From contig NW_021824954.1 in NCBI RefSeq assembly GCF_006345805.1, forward strand, positions 434,001 to 498,000: 64,000 nucleotides of DNA, in the 5' to 3' direction. Shown here in pieces: positions 38,687 to 51,641 of this stretch. The notes under the pieces are model-generated. The model saw only the letters and a program-made list of their open reading frames with translations, was not told the origin of the DNA and did no database searches. The position numbers were made by a program, and so were the translations under genes. This DNA comes from Octopus sinensis (lineage: Eukaryota). Position 1 is the first letter of the stretch. Each line of letters starts with the position of its first letter.

Positions 38687-39349
38687 TCTTGTTTTGCTTA
38701 CGAATTAATCAGGAAGCGGAAATGTGTGAACGGAAACAGCATTTTCTAAAGAATTTCGATGGAAGGGGAAGCTGTAGACGCCAGCATTCCTTCTGAAACT
38801 ACTGTACTTCATACAGCTGATGTTAAGCATGAGTTTCCAGTGGCCTCTACCTGCTCGAAATAGCAGCCAAATCTCTGTTAAACCACACCATAACGTCTTC
38901 AGCAAGGGCACATTGGATTCGTTATGCACGTTTTCTGAAGAAAAAAAATAGGCGTGATGTCCACTGGCAGAATACATTTGGTCATAGACCTGCTCAGTCA
39001 GTGCTGATCTGGGTCTAAACAACTATAACAACAACAAAAACAATAACACCAACCAAGAAGAGGAGGAAGAAGAAGAAGAAGATGAAGAAGAAGAAGAAGA
39101 GAAAGAAGAAGAAGAGAAAGAAGAAGAAGAGAAGAAGAAGAAGAAGAAGAAGAAGAAGAAGAAGAAGAAGAAGAAGAAGAAGAACAACAACAACAACAAC
39201 AGTAGTCACCCTTGCTTGGGCTGTTAGAAATATCAGCAAAATTCTCATCATCGTACCATACTGTAATGAAAAAAAGAAAGGACACATTTAAAGTAGCCTC
39301 ATATATACGAATGATACTTTAACGTGGGTCTCACTAGAGATTTGTATTA

Positions 39350-39720
39350 ATTAAACTTTGTCTTGCATGACACATTTGTTTTATGAAACCTTTTTTACGA
39401 AAATCCCTTGTCTTACACGAGCTTTGTCTTATTTGAGCATTCTCTTACATGAGTTTAGTCTTACATGTATTGTGTCCTACTTGGACTGTCTTACTTGAGT
39501 CCTGTTTTACTTGAGCTATATCAGACTTGAGCTTTGTTTTACTTGATCTTTGTCTTATGTGAGTTTTTGTCTTGAGCTTTGTCTTACGTGAGTTTGTCTT
39601 AGACGAGTAGTATAATATTCTTACTTTGTGGTATGCGAGCTTTATCTTGCATGAGATTTGACTCATTTGATTTTTGTCGCGCTTGAAAGTTGTCTTAATT
39701 GACTTGAGCTTTGAGTGGTC
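39350..39720. repeat. Degenerate minisatellite, ~16-bp unit (consensus about TTTGTCTTACTTGAGC)
   Basis: gtctta/ttgag motifs recur at ~16-bp spacing over ~370 bp. Confidence 0.8.
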
Positions 39721-39739
39721 GTCATAGATCTGACCAAAG

Positions 39740-40540
39740 ATGAAGTGTGTGAGGGAGTCGTTTCTGAAGAGGCACTAGTTTTAGTAATGTTATATATGAG
39801 ATTATTATGGCTGCAATCAATTTGTCAATGTAAGTGTAACGACCTTTTCCTCTTCTTACATCAACATGAAGTAGGTTCCACAAGACTAATTTAAATGCCT
39901 CCAGTTCAGGATGGCTCACAGAATGACCAGATAGTCGCAGCCGTCTCTGCTTGATCTTCTCGTTTCCGCAGGACTCCATAAAGGCATTCATTTGTCATAT
40001 GTTCACATTTAGGGCCGTTCGTGGCATCCTTGTGTGGAATCCATTTAGCCCGTTTGATAATTTCTTTGTCAGTGTCCATGTTTCACTGCTATATAATATC
40101 ATTATTTGACAGTTGCAATGAGTAGCATGATTTTGATTTGCCTGAGCAGGCTGTCCATGCTTGTGCCATCCTGATCTTGATATCTGCTTCCAAACTGCTC
40201 ACCAAACCACCTAAGTGCTTGAAGTCTTCAGCAACATTTAACTTGGAACCGCTGAAAGCAAACAGTTCAGTATCACTTGATTGGTTGAAAGACATGTATT
40301 TAGTTTTCTTGATATTTGTGTGCAGTCCTATCTTTGCAGCTGATGTTTCTACTCTGCTGAGCAGCTGTTGTGCTTAAACTATTTGATTAGAAATGAGTGC
40401 TATATCATCTGTGAAGTCCAGGTCAGTGATGGTTACTGCTGGTTCTCTCTGCAATATTTATCAGTCTATGGTAAGACCAAGGTATTCGTCACTATTGTCT
40501 ATAGTCTGCTGCATTTCATAAGCCAATGCAATTGCAAACA
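39740..40540 (-). mobile_element. RTE-clade LINE fragment (RT C-terminal half)
   Basis: LDFTDDIALIS, IGLH.N.KKTKYM, V.DFKHLG, IKIRMAQAW and IKQRRLRLSGH. Confidence 0.85.
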
Positions 40541-40690
40541 ATCTTGATGTATTTCAGAAATCGGTATTTCTTGGAACTGTATGCATACTGCGTAAAGCAC
40601 TGTCTTTCTGAGGTCGTTGTTGTGTCTTGACGGACAGTAAAATTCTCCGGCACACGCATTATCTTCAATCTACAACATCACAATATTGGA
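40540..40690 (+). mobile_element. 3' terminus of a Dong-like LINE with a (GAT)n(AAT)n tail
   Basis: QKSVFLGTVCILRKALSF* followed by a short UTR and the trinucleotide tail. Confidence 0.7.
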
Positions 40691-40712
40691 TTCTATGCGG
40701 CGCCTTCAATAG

Positions 40713-40747
<35 letters not shown>

Positions 40748-40798
40748 ATGATGATGATGATGATGATAATAATGGTGATGATGATGATGAGGAGGATG

Positions 40799-40869
<71 letters not shown>

Positions 40870-40873
<4 letters not shown>

Positions 40874-42400
40874 CCAATGAAATAAAAGAATTAGACCAAA
40901 GCCAAACTTACAAATACTTAGGAATCCATGAACTAGATAAGACACAACACACACAAATGAAAGAGAAAATAAAAAAAGAATATTATAGACGAGTTAGATC
41001 AATACTAAAAACAGAGCTCAATGCTAAAAACAAGATAATAGGTATTAACACTTTAGCTGTCCCAGTTATAAGTTACAGCTACAATATCCTTAACTGGACA
41101 CGAAATGAACTGACCAAAATAGATAGGAAAACAAGAAAAATAATGACAGGATCTAGGATGCATCACCCAAAATCTGACATAGAAAGACTATATATACAAC
41201 GTATAGAAGGTGGCAGAGGCCTTATACAGCTGGGAAACTACTATAAAATAACCACCATAGGACTGCAAAAATATCTACTTCAGAAGGAAGGAAAACTGAT
41301 ACAAATAGTGGCAAAACACGAGCAAAACAAAAAACTGTTCTCAGTATTTAAGGAAGCTGACAAATACAAACAAGAAATCATACCACCTAATAAATATGAA
41401 GAAGAAGAAGAAGAAGAAGAAGAAGAAGAAGAAGAAGAAGAAGAAGAAGAAGAAGAAGATGATGAAGAAACAACAAAAGCTATAAAACAAATGAAATCCA
41501 AACTAAAAATAGAACAGCAACGAACCATGATAAAACGATGGCAAGAAAAGCCCCTTCATGGTAAATACTGGACTAAACTAAACGCAAAAGAAATAGACAA
41601 AGAAAAATCCCAGCAATGGTTGAGAAGCTCGGGACTCAAAGCAGAAACAGAGGAATTTTTAATTGCAGCACAAGACCAAAGCCTCCCCACCAGAAATTAC
41701 CAAAAACATGTAATGAAAAGAAATATTACAAGTAACTGCAGAATATGTGGAGATGGATAAGAAACAATAAATCATATTATCTCTAGCTGCCCAGTCCTGG
41801 CTAAGAAGGAATATATTTACAAACATGACAGAGTTGGAACCTACATACATTGGAAGCTATGCCAACATTATGGAATAACAACAGAAAAAAGATGGTATAG
41901 GCACACACCAGAAAAAGTCACAGAAAACGAGAAAGCAACCATACTCTGGGATATGCCGATACACACAGATAGAGAAATTAAGGCCAACAGACCAGATATA
42001 GTTGTCAGAGATCATGAAGAAAAAAATGCTTTCTAATTGATGTATCAATACCGGCAGATGACAACGTGTCTCTAAAAGAAATGGAGAAACTCTCAAAGCA
42101 CAAAGACCTGGAAATAGAGGTAACTAGAATGTGGAATCTGAAAACAGAAACAATTCCTATCATAGTAGGTGCATTAGGCATGATAAAAAAATATTCAGAC
42201 AAACATAACAAAAACACTGGACTTACAAACACATATAACATACAGAAAATTGCACTACTAGGCACTGCACACATCCTACGCAGAACACTTTCCATACAAT
42301 AACCATCAGAGCATCACAACAAATCACAGCACATACCCAAGGCACACAGAGCTGCGCTCGGTAGTGAAGTGAAAGCACGCTATAAAAATAAAACTACTGA
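40870..42400 (+). mobile_element. Young 5'-truncated R4/Dong-like LINE flanked on both sides by (AAT)n
   Basis: YKYLG, HHPKSDIERLY..EGGRGL, LIAAQDQ, CRICG...HIISSCP, NRPDIVV..LIDVSIP..K..K and IQKIALLGTAHILRRTLSIQ*. Few disablements; in-frame (GAA)n expansion at ~41398-41460. Confidence 0.95.
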
Positions 42401-42421
42401 ATAATAATAATAATAATAATA

Positions 42422-42459
<38 letters not shown>

Positions 42460-42464
42460 GCCGT

Positions 42465-43010
42465 CGCACAGCATACAATTTCGTGAGGTCGTGGATTGAA
42501 GATATTGTGTCTACCGGGGTTTGTGCTGTTTGTCAAATCACAACAAGGACCTCAGACAGACAGTACTTTAAGCAATATGCGTGCATTTCCAAATAATGCC
42601 TACGTTTGCAATACACCTAGATTGTAGGGTATTTCTAAAGTTTTCAGATGTTTTTTTCAGATTGGGTGGTATCGAACTCAGTGCTCCGATGACAATAGGG
42701 ATAACCTTTACGTTTGATTGTTGTAGCTGCCCCATCTTAGGCATCTGGATTCTCAGGTCTCCATATTTATCAACCTTTTCTCTTTCATTCATGTTACGTT
42801 GATCTCCTGGTACTGCCACGTCAATTGTTAGGCTCTCTTGTTTGTCCCTCCTACAGGTTACTACATCCAGCCTTCGTTGCTCTAATACCTTGTCTGTCTG
42901 AAAGTCAAAGTCCTAGAGGAGTTTTGCTTTCCCCAGTTCGTCTATTACCTTTTCCGGTGTATGTTGGTACCAAGCACCCGTAACCCCATATCCATACTTA
43001 CGGCATACTA
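42465..43010 (-). mobile_element. Dong-like RLE C-terminal fragment, tail-to-tail with the previous element
   Basis: DFDFQTDKV..RRLDVV..IDVAVPGD..EKVDKY.DL..IPIVIGAL. Confidence 0.85.
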
Positions 43011-43040
43011 GCCAATTCTTCTTCTTCTTCTTCTCTTCTT

Positions 43041-43071
<31 letters not shown>

Positions 43072-43089
43072 TTATTATTATTATTTTTA

Positions 43090-43290
43090 AGATACGCCGG
43101 GCAAAATGCTTAGCTGCATTTCATACGTCTTTACTTTCTGAGTTGAAATTCCGCCGAGTCCACTTTGTTTTTCATCCTTTTGGGGTCAATTAAATAAGTA
43201 CTAGTTCAACACTGGGGTCGATGTAATCAACTTACTCCTTCCCTGAAATTGTTGGCCTTTTGCCAAAATTTGAAATCATTATTATTATTA
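43090..43290 (+). mobile_element. Family A SINE
   Basis: acgccgggcaaaatgcttagc...gagttgaaattccgccgag...ggggtc..., between (ATT)n tracts. Confidence 0.85.
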
Positions 43291-43522
43291 TCATTATTTT
43301 ACTTCTCATAGTTCATAGTCTTACTTGCTCTGGTTGATTCTGTGAGAGCGGACAGCACCTTGTTATCAGAGGTATTGCGCAAATTATAAGCCTTGGTACG
43401 TGGACGATAATTTATCGTGGAAGCCACTCAACACATAAGCACCAATCTCAAAATCCTAGCTGTCTCCAATACAGCTCTGCTCTGCCCTCATGTTAATTCC
43501 AATTTCTCCGGCATGGGACTGG

Positions 43523-43576
<54 letters not shown>

Positions 43577-43630
43577 GTCGTCGTCGTCGTCGTCGTCGTC
43601 GTCATCATCATCATCATCATCGTCATTATT

Positions 43631-44140
43631 GAGCAAGAGAGCAGTGCATGCCATCAAAATGATACTGGGGCAAAATATATGAATCCAGTTTACCCATCAT
43701 GGTTACCCGCCTTATAAGTGTGCACAAGTTACATGCATCATCACAACCATATGTGCGTAACATCGTGATCTCATATCAGGCCTAACAGTACCTGACCTTG
43801 CAGGTGGGGGCCAGTTAAAATTTTCTTCAGGTCGAGTGGCCCAATCCGCTCAAAAGGTCCAGAGGTGAATTTTCCAAACTCCAAAGAATTCCTCTTAACA
43901 TAGGACTATGATGCGCCCTCAATACTTCTACTCGTGATCCGAGATGCACATATCATCAGCTACTAGAGGGACATGCTCAACTGATTAAGGTCAAACTGAC
44001 AAGCAAATCTGTCGTATTGCGCCGAATATTTGCTTCAGCCCTTTTTTTTTAATACCAAGACAAAACAATGTACATTATAACACTTCCAATCAGTTAAGAT
44101 CAGAAGCTGTGAGAGCAACTGCCTGGTACTGCATCAGGGC
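43631..44140 (-). mobile_element. Full-length family C element
   Basis: Homologous end to end with 18829-19350; (ATT)-rich flanks on both sides. Confidence 0.85.
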
Positions 44141-44300
44141 ATGTATTATTATTATTATCATCATTATTTGAAAAACAGGCAAAAGATTTTGCAAATCATA
44201 TTTGTAATATCCTATGGATTGGAAATACAACTACAGTATGGAGTTTGCGGAAACGTACATTAAAATATTTACAAATTTCCATCCATTGTTCTTGTTATTA

Positions 44301-44382
<82 letters not shown>

Positions 44383-44398
44383 GCACACACACACACAA

Positions 44399-44430
<32 letters not shown>

Positions 44431-44744
44431 ACACACAGATATATATACTAGGCTTCTGTGTGGTTACCTTTCCTCAGTGTGAGAAAACCACAAGCTAGCG
44501 ACGAAAGTAACCACCCAGAAACCTAGGTGTGAAAGTAAGGCTAGAGATGGGAGCGATGACATCCTTTGCAAAAACTATACAGACACAGACTGTGTGTCGA
44601 TGGCCAGCTAGAAAAGATATTTTCCTGGGGCTAAAACAGCAGTAGCATTGTATTGTCCTCTATAAAGCTGCCACATTCTGTTGGCATATAAACATTACTA
44701 TCCGGTACAGTTACTGTATATCTCTCCCTCAGGGATTTAAAACA

Positions 44745-45130
44745 AGTTGTTTTTCTCTATAAAATATCTTTTACTTGTTTCACTCATTCGATTACGGCCA
44801 TGCTGAGGCACCGCTTTGAAGGGTTTTAGTTGAACAAATCGACCCCAGGACTTTTTTAAAACCTGGTGCTTGGACATAAACACACCAATACCGGTGGTCA
44901 GGCGGCGATGAGGGACATACACAGACACAAAGGCACACACACATAGATATATACATATATATACGACGGTACCTTTCAGTTTTCGACTACGAAATCCTCT
45001 CACAAGGCTTTGGTCAGCCCGAGGTTATAGTTGAAGACACTTGCTCAAGGTACCACGCTGTGGAACTGAACCCGAAATCATGTGGTTTGGAAGTAAACTT
45101 CTTACCACACATCCACGCCTGCGCCTACGC
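44745..45130 (-). mobile_element. Family B SINE
   Basis: Reverse complement of the 19506 head and tail. Confidence 0.85.
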
Positions 45131-45559
45131 ACACGCAGTCACACACACACATACACACTCACACATACACATATGGGCGTGCATGTTTATATACATACAT
45201 ACATGCATATATATACCTACTTACCTATCCATCTACCTACCTACCTACCTACCTACCTACCTACCTACCTACCTACCTACCTACCTACCTAACTAACTAA
45301 CTAACTACCTATCTACCTACTTACCTGCCTGCCTGCATGTCTGTCTACCGACATACCTACATATATACATACATCACACACATACGTATGTATGTATAAA
45401 TGTATATTATAAATGCCATAAATATTTGAAAGGGAATATTCCAAGGAAATAGTCTTTTTATAGCTCTGTTTATTTTGGCATAAAATATTTTATTATTTCC
45501 TTTACATGCTAAGGCCTAGATATACCAATGTAACTCATAATTTCCTTATGGGTGACCTG

Positions 45560-46700
45560 AAGATCTAGGTTTACAATGTCAAAAAAACAGCAATAGAAAT
45601 GGAATTCGGTAAAGAGAAATATTCGTATTTTATTGCTGAATGTGGTAAATCAGTCCCCACCAACCCAAAATCCGTGCATCAAAGGTCACTCTAACTCTCT
45701 TGTTTCACACAAAAAATGCTAAAAATATGTAGGCATTGAAACATATGTGAAAACATATGAAGGTGCTGTGTACAAAGGTAGAGCGGTCTGAGAATGTTAC
45801 ACTAGACTTCGAAATAAATATGGCAATCTGAACTCTCCTCATACACGACAATATGCAACGCATTTGCAATACCAGTACTGATACCACCATCTGGAAAAGT
45901 TGACTGATCTGATGCCAGGATCTTACACGTCTTGATTCACATTAAGGCATGTAAGATCAGCTGGAAGCTATCACAGAAATAGTGATATCGACAGGCTCTA
46001 ACCAAGAAGAGATGAAGGTGATAGAAGCTTCAGATCAGTGCAGACAGCCTTCGAATGTCGTGTACTATATTAAGAAAGCACCAGCTGAACACCAGCAGCA
46101 AACATAATGCTGAAAAGGGAAAAGAACACCTTATAAGTCATGAGTTAGCTTCTCAAGAAGTACTGTCTTCCAAATAACATTACATGTAAACTCAAAACAG
46201 CTAGACTAACATACCTCGAAAAATGATCGGTATACTGAATGAAAAAAAGACTATACATGCGTGAGTTTTCCGAAGACTTATGGGTGATATTAATGTCGAC
46301 ATGAAGTACATCCTTGCTACACCGCATCACACTTCGAAGGCTATGCGCTAACAATCCATGAGGAGGAGATTGCTAAAAAATACCTAATGAACAAAAGCGA
46401 CAGTGAAGCTCTTTGGATACTCAAGATGTAAACGAAAAGGTCGATTATACCACATTTTTGGTAGAAGACATCACACATAGGATTAGCAGCTGCCCAAAAA
46501 TGTCATCTAGGTACTAACTCCCAATTGCGATGTGACGTTGTTACCAAAACAATATACAATGTCATTCAGAAAAAATGACTGTCCTCGGATAAATATAGAA
46601 AATCTTCGTTATTGATCACATACATAAAAATCAACACAAGGAACATTGGTTGAAAATTATCATCAAAACTTCTACCAACTTCAAATTCAACATACTTGAT
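45560..46700 (+). mobile_element. Decayed R4/Dong-like LINE (same subfamily as 6780-9270)
   Basis: MEFGKEK, H.NSDIDRL...EG.R, and EDITHRISSCPKMSSRY. Ends in (TACA)n. Confidence 0.75.
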
Positions 46701-46785
46701 GCAAGTCGAATAGACAAGAAAAGTTATGTAGCGTCATAGAGGTCAGTAGCTCGGCTGATTGAATACATATATGTATATATGCATG

Positions 46786-46817
<32 letters not shown>

Positions 46818-46819
46818 CA

Positions 46820-46853
<34 letters not shown>

Positions 46854-46949
46854 CATACATACATACATACATACATACATACATACATACATACATACAT
46901 ACATACATACATACATAGATACACGTATACATGTATGTATGTCTCTTAT

Positions 46950-48110
46950 ATTATTTAATTATTATAAATCTTCCACTGAGGAGGGAGCCGGTTACCAACA
47001 AAGATACAAGGCTCCATCTTTGGGAAGTAGTTAACACAGACAAATTCACATTTGGAACTTGAGAAAAGTATTGCATATTTTTATTGTTCCACTCATGTTG
47101 CACTTGAAATATACAAATTAGCCGGTCGATTTCTCTTTCTGAAAATCCCAGTTTATCCAGATTCTGTTTTAAGCATTTACTAACAAAACCTAGTGCTCCA
47201 ATTATTATTATTGGTATGAATAGGAATTCATAGTCTGTATATAGAAACTGGAGGTTTCGAAGCAGTTGTCCATAGATATCCTCCTTTTCTTTGATTTCCA
47301 AAGAGATATTTATATCTACAGGGCAGCTACCTATATGATGGTATATACCTTTGGCCCTCTATTCCAAACAAAAATATCCGGCCTGTTATGTTTACATTTG
47401 ACAGAATGTTTGATAGGAATATTCCACCAGTATTCTCTGAGTTGGTGTTTATGAATGTATTCCATAACAGAGGAATTTTCTGAGTTTATTTCAGGACAGT
47501 CTTTTTTGCGGATGGCATCGTAAATTTGTTTTAGCACCAGCATCGTGCCACATAAGGAATAGTACAATGACAACATTTTAGGACAGCTGCCAATCACCTG
47601 TGTGATGTCTTCCACAGAAACACGACATAAATTACACATGCGGTTGCACCTTGGGATTGCAAGAGCGTCACTGTCTCTTGTTCACCAGGTACTTTGTGGC
47701 AATCTCCTGCTCCTGGATTGCAAACGCATTGCCTTCAAAGTGTGATGTGATGACGTGGTCTTGTGTCTAAGAGAGGCTGCACTTCATGTCAATACTACTG
47801 TCTTCTTCAAGCTTACGGGCATAGTCTTTTTCTTTTTGTATGCTGAGTGCTTTCCATCCAGGCTACTGTTGTTTAGCAGGTGCTACCTGAATGATACCAT
47901 ACGGGATTCGGAGACCGTCTGTACTGATCTCAAGGCTCTACCACGTTCATTTCTTCTTAGGTAGAGCCTGTCAACATCATTGTTTCTGTGGAAGTTCCCA
48001 GTTGTCAGGATTTTGCGGGTTTTGATATCAATAGAGTGGATTTCCTTTACAGATCGACGAATTATCCCAAATGTTGGATCAGCACTGGTACTGCAAATGC
48101 ATTGTGGGAT
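46950..48110 (-). mobile_element. Decayed R4/Dong-like LINE, C-terminal half
   Basis: CNLCRVSVEDITQVIGSCPKM, WWNIPIK..KCKHNRPDI and QLLRNLQFLY..IIGALG. Bounded by (TACA)n/(TATG)n. Confidence 0.85.
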
Positions 48111-48673
48111 ATTGTTTTGTTGTAAGTATGTATGTAAATATGTATGTGCGTATGTATGTACGTACGTACGTATGTATGTATGTATGTATGTATGTATGTA
48201 TGTATGTATGTATGTATGTATGTATGTATGTATGTATGTATGTATGTATGTATGTATGTTTGCACAACTACTTCGAAACCTGTATTTCCTATCCCCTGAT
48301 TAGAAATTCACATTTATATCAATACTAATTGGTATACTTGGTTGTGTTGACAAAAATATGTAAGAGATCATCTAGAAAAGCTATAGTTTTCAAAGAAAGT
48401 GGCCGGCGAACATGCACTTTACAATTCGTAAGTAGAACAGTAAAATAGGCAAACATTTTCTGAAATTCAATACGTAACTATTATCGTTGTTATCCAAATG
48501 CGAACGGTGAAGTCTCTGTTTCTTAGTCAGAAACCACCTCTTACCTTCTATGATAAAATTGAAGGCATATATATATACACATAGACACGTGCATTCACGT
48601 ACAAACCTGCTCATATACACCTGTACAAACATAAATCCAGTTAGCTCTCAATTAAACATAGCTAGACAATTAC

Positions 48674-48769
48674 CGGCTGCTTTCAGAGGAGTCCATTCTA
48701 CTGCATATATTCAGGTCAGGTTTGCGATCTGGGGATGACTCCTCCCATCTTCTCACTAGTGGCCGAGAC
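48674..48769 (-). CDS. Candidate host exon (96 nt; open frame SRPLVRRWEESSPDRKPDLNICSRMDSSESSR, possible start AGAATGG)
   Basis: ccccttttcaag|G acceptor and CG|gtaatt donor, in non-repetitive sequence; possible upstream donor aaag|gtagtt near 49060. No protein family recognised. Confidence 0.3.
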
Positions 48770-50149
48770 CTTGAAAAGGGGCCATGACAGCTGCACTAAA
48801 CTATAAAATATGTACATAGACACGTACATTGTGGGAATGTGTGTATGTGTGTGTGGTATGTGGATATGTCTGTGAGTTTATGCATGTGTGCGTGTGTGTA
48901 AGTATGTGTATATATGTGTGTGTATGTGTATGTGTGTGTGTGTGTATGCGTGCGTGCGTGTGATTATGTTTGTGTGCGCGCGTGTGTGCAAATGGGTGTA
49001 AGATAAACCGGTTAGTTGCTCGTGAAGAGCGTGGGAGAAAAGTAGATTAAACAAACTACCTTTTCCTTTTGTGTCAGTTATTCTCATTATCAAGGTCAGT
49101 AGGCAACGTGACGTGGGAAGAAGAAAAAGGAGAGTAAGGCATTGGTAGTGCAGAAATGGAGGAGGGGAAGGTCAGACCTTGCGTTAAAAATTTTCAATGA
49201 ATCTAGTGTCAGAATTGTTTGCAAGATGTTTGAATTGAGATTACGCAGAGTTAGTTGGAGTTAGGAAGAAGTAAGAGAGCCTAGGGACTACAGGAAAAGT
49301 ACTCTCTGCCAGCCAAAGAGCTTTCTTTTTGTGGGACGCAGCTGCAACATGAAGTACAACTTGTCCTTTTCCTGTATTTTTTCTTTTCTTTATACCTCAT
49401 TGTGAATTTTGTGTGTGTGTGTCTCTGTGGGTGCATGTATATGTATATACATACATGCATGAACACACACACACATGTGTGTGTGTGTAGGTATTGGCGT
49501 CGATGTTATCAATGTCGGTCGTTATCTTAAAAGAGAAATCCAGCTTGGAGAAACGTATTTTTATGGTAATCAGATGTTTAGAAAGAAAGAATAAAAAAGA
49601 AACACAAAACGATAAAAGTAATATAAATAAAGCCTATTGATCAAGGTTTAATTAAGTCCAAACGATTCTGAAGAAAAATGTTCATATATTATTCAACTAG
49701 TGGTTCCGAAACTTTTTCGGACTGCCTCCCCACCCTTTGGTTCCCATGTTACATTCCTAGTGTTCTTCGTCCACAAAACACCTCTTTTTACTGCAAATTC
49801 AAACAACTGTGTTTAATAAGTAAAGCTTAACCTAGTAAAACCATTTGTTTTACTGTTTTTAGAATCTGAAAGAATAAGTTTACAACTCACTTGTAACTAT
49901 TTTTAATGGGATAGATGTAGTTAGTGCAGAGACTCCAGTTTCACAACATAAAGCTGGAAGATACTAAGAAGCTGTCTTACATCTCTGTGTTCAATAATTT
50001 TTAGTCTGTTTCTTTACTTAGTAAGAAAGAAGCTGGGTGACTGCACTGTGGTCCGCACTAATAAATATGATGTTGGGAATATAATAAAGTATATTTTGAC
50101 TTCGTTTCACAGAGCAGGGTAGCGATCAGAAATATCCTGGTATAAATTT

Positions 50150-50790
50150 TTGAGCCTCAGCTCAATCTCATAAGAACAGCACATTGTAAAGTTTAAGAGG
50201 AAACTATACATGCAGGTTCAAAGTGCAGCCATTGGTGTCGGTGTGGCTGGAGATGTGGCCGGTCTCTTCATAACATGGTGGGACAGAAAACGTAAACAAT
50301 CCTTAGCGGAACAATCCACAACTATTTTGCTTTACTGTAAATATGTAGATGACATTAATATTCTAGTTAGGACAAACTCTGGTAACAGTATTGTAGAAAC
50401 CGAGAGGAGTATCATGGGGAGCATCCAGCATATAGCTAACTCCATCCACTAAAGTATCAAGTTAACTATAGATTACCCCACTAGGTACTCTAACAATAAA
50501 CTCCCTGTCCTTGATACTGAACTTTGGTTAGAGATTGAACAACAGAGTGCAGCTCCTCCACTTCTATAATATGAAACCCATAGTTTCGAAATATGTTGTT
50601 CACAAGAACTCAGCTTTGCCACAAAACATGAAACTTAACATACTGATAGCAGACTTGGCTAGGATAATGAACAACGTGTCCCCAATATGCAAACCCTATG
50701 AACGAAAAAAAAAAGACATGAACAAAACTTCATGCACCACATGCAATTCTCTGGATGATATCAGAAAGACAGGGTTCGGGTATACAGGAG
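50150..50790 (+). mobile_element. Penelope-like RT fragment, a different clade from the 52-55 kb element
   Basis: FKRKLYMQ..AIG.G.AG, KYVDDI, TIDYP...KLPVLD and KP..SKYVVH.NSALP...NILIADL.RIM.N.S. Confidence 0.75.
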
Positions 50791-51420
50791 AGCTAGAGAG
50801 AAGGATGGGGGAATTTAACATTTTGAAAACATTGTTTTTTGCATATTCGGGATTTCCGACATCGAAAATAGGAATCCACTGAAAAAAATCAGAAGGGACG
50901 TATGGGGAGGGGCTATAGACCCCTATATGAGCAAGGACTAAAATTTGACTCCCTTAGAACCTTTCCCTAGTAATGGAAATCATTCATCCCAAATTTAGTA
51001 CCGCTTAATCCCGTGATTTGGCCGTGCATAGAGGAGACACACACACACACACACACTCACACACACTCACAGTGAATTTTATACGGATGTGTATATATAA
51101 AATGACAAGTAATCTCTATATATAAAGATGAGAATGTATGTCGGTGTGAATTCCTAAAACTTGAGAACTACACAACCAATTTCATTCAAATTTTACACAT
51201 GCCTTACTTAGGGTCCATGTAGTGTTATAGGCAAATTTTTAAAACTTCTTGCCTAATGCGGGCCCACAGCAATATCATATCTTCACTATTTCAGTATTAC
51301 GTGTCAAAAGTGAAACAATAGTATCTCTCTATTGTAATGTCAGATACTTTCACTTTAATAGTTTCACTTTTATACGGAAACTATTAAAGTGAAACTATTA
51401 TCTCACATATATACAGTCAT
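50790..51420 (+). mobile_element. DINE-1/HINE-like (non-autonomous Helitron/Helentron-type) fragments
   Basis: ccaaatttag...tttggccgtg...(ca)n...tgaattttata as a 3'-type end, followed by atctctatatataaagatg...acacaaccaatttcattcaaattttacac as a 5'-type start. Confidence 0.5.
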
Positions 51421-51641
51421 ACATACATATATACATAATACATATATATAATATATATATTATGTATATAAATATATATATATATTTTAGAAAAAAAAAC
51501 ACCTTTTATCAATTCAACAATGAAAAATATACCATATAGAAAAAATTACATCCTATAGAAAAATTAAATATAAGATAAAAACATATACCAATGATTAAGT
51601 AATGAGCAAAATAATAAATAAAACGTATATATTTGGTAAAA

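Noticed and set aside
39350-39720. CRISPR-like or telomeric array
   Set aside because: Eukaryotic context; the units are degenerate and contiguous without unique spacers, and no TTAGGG arrays were seen.
40627-40870. Poly-Asp/Asn N-terminus of the 377-aa ORF
   Set aside because: It is translation of the (GAT)n(AAT)n tail and target tract in frame with a 5'-truncated LINE, not a real domain.
49281-49400. Minus-strand GQVVLHVAA peptide resembling an ankyrin repeat
   Set aside because: No polypyrimidine acceptor, only a single partial motif, and no continuation; likely chance.
49678-49960. hAT/Charlie-type MITE start (agtggttccgaaactttt)
   Set aside because: No matching right TIR or 8-bp TSD found.
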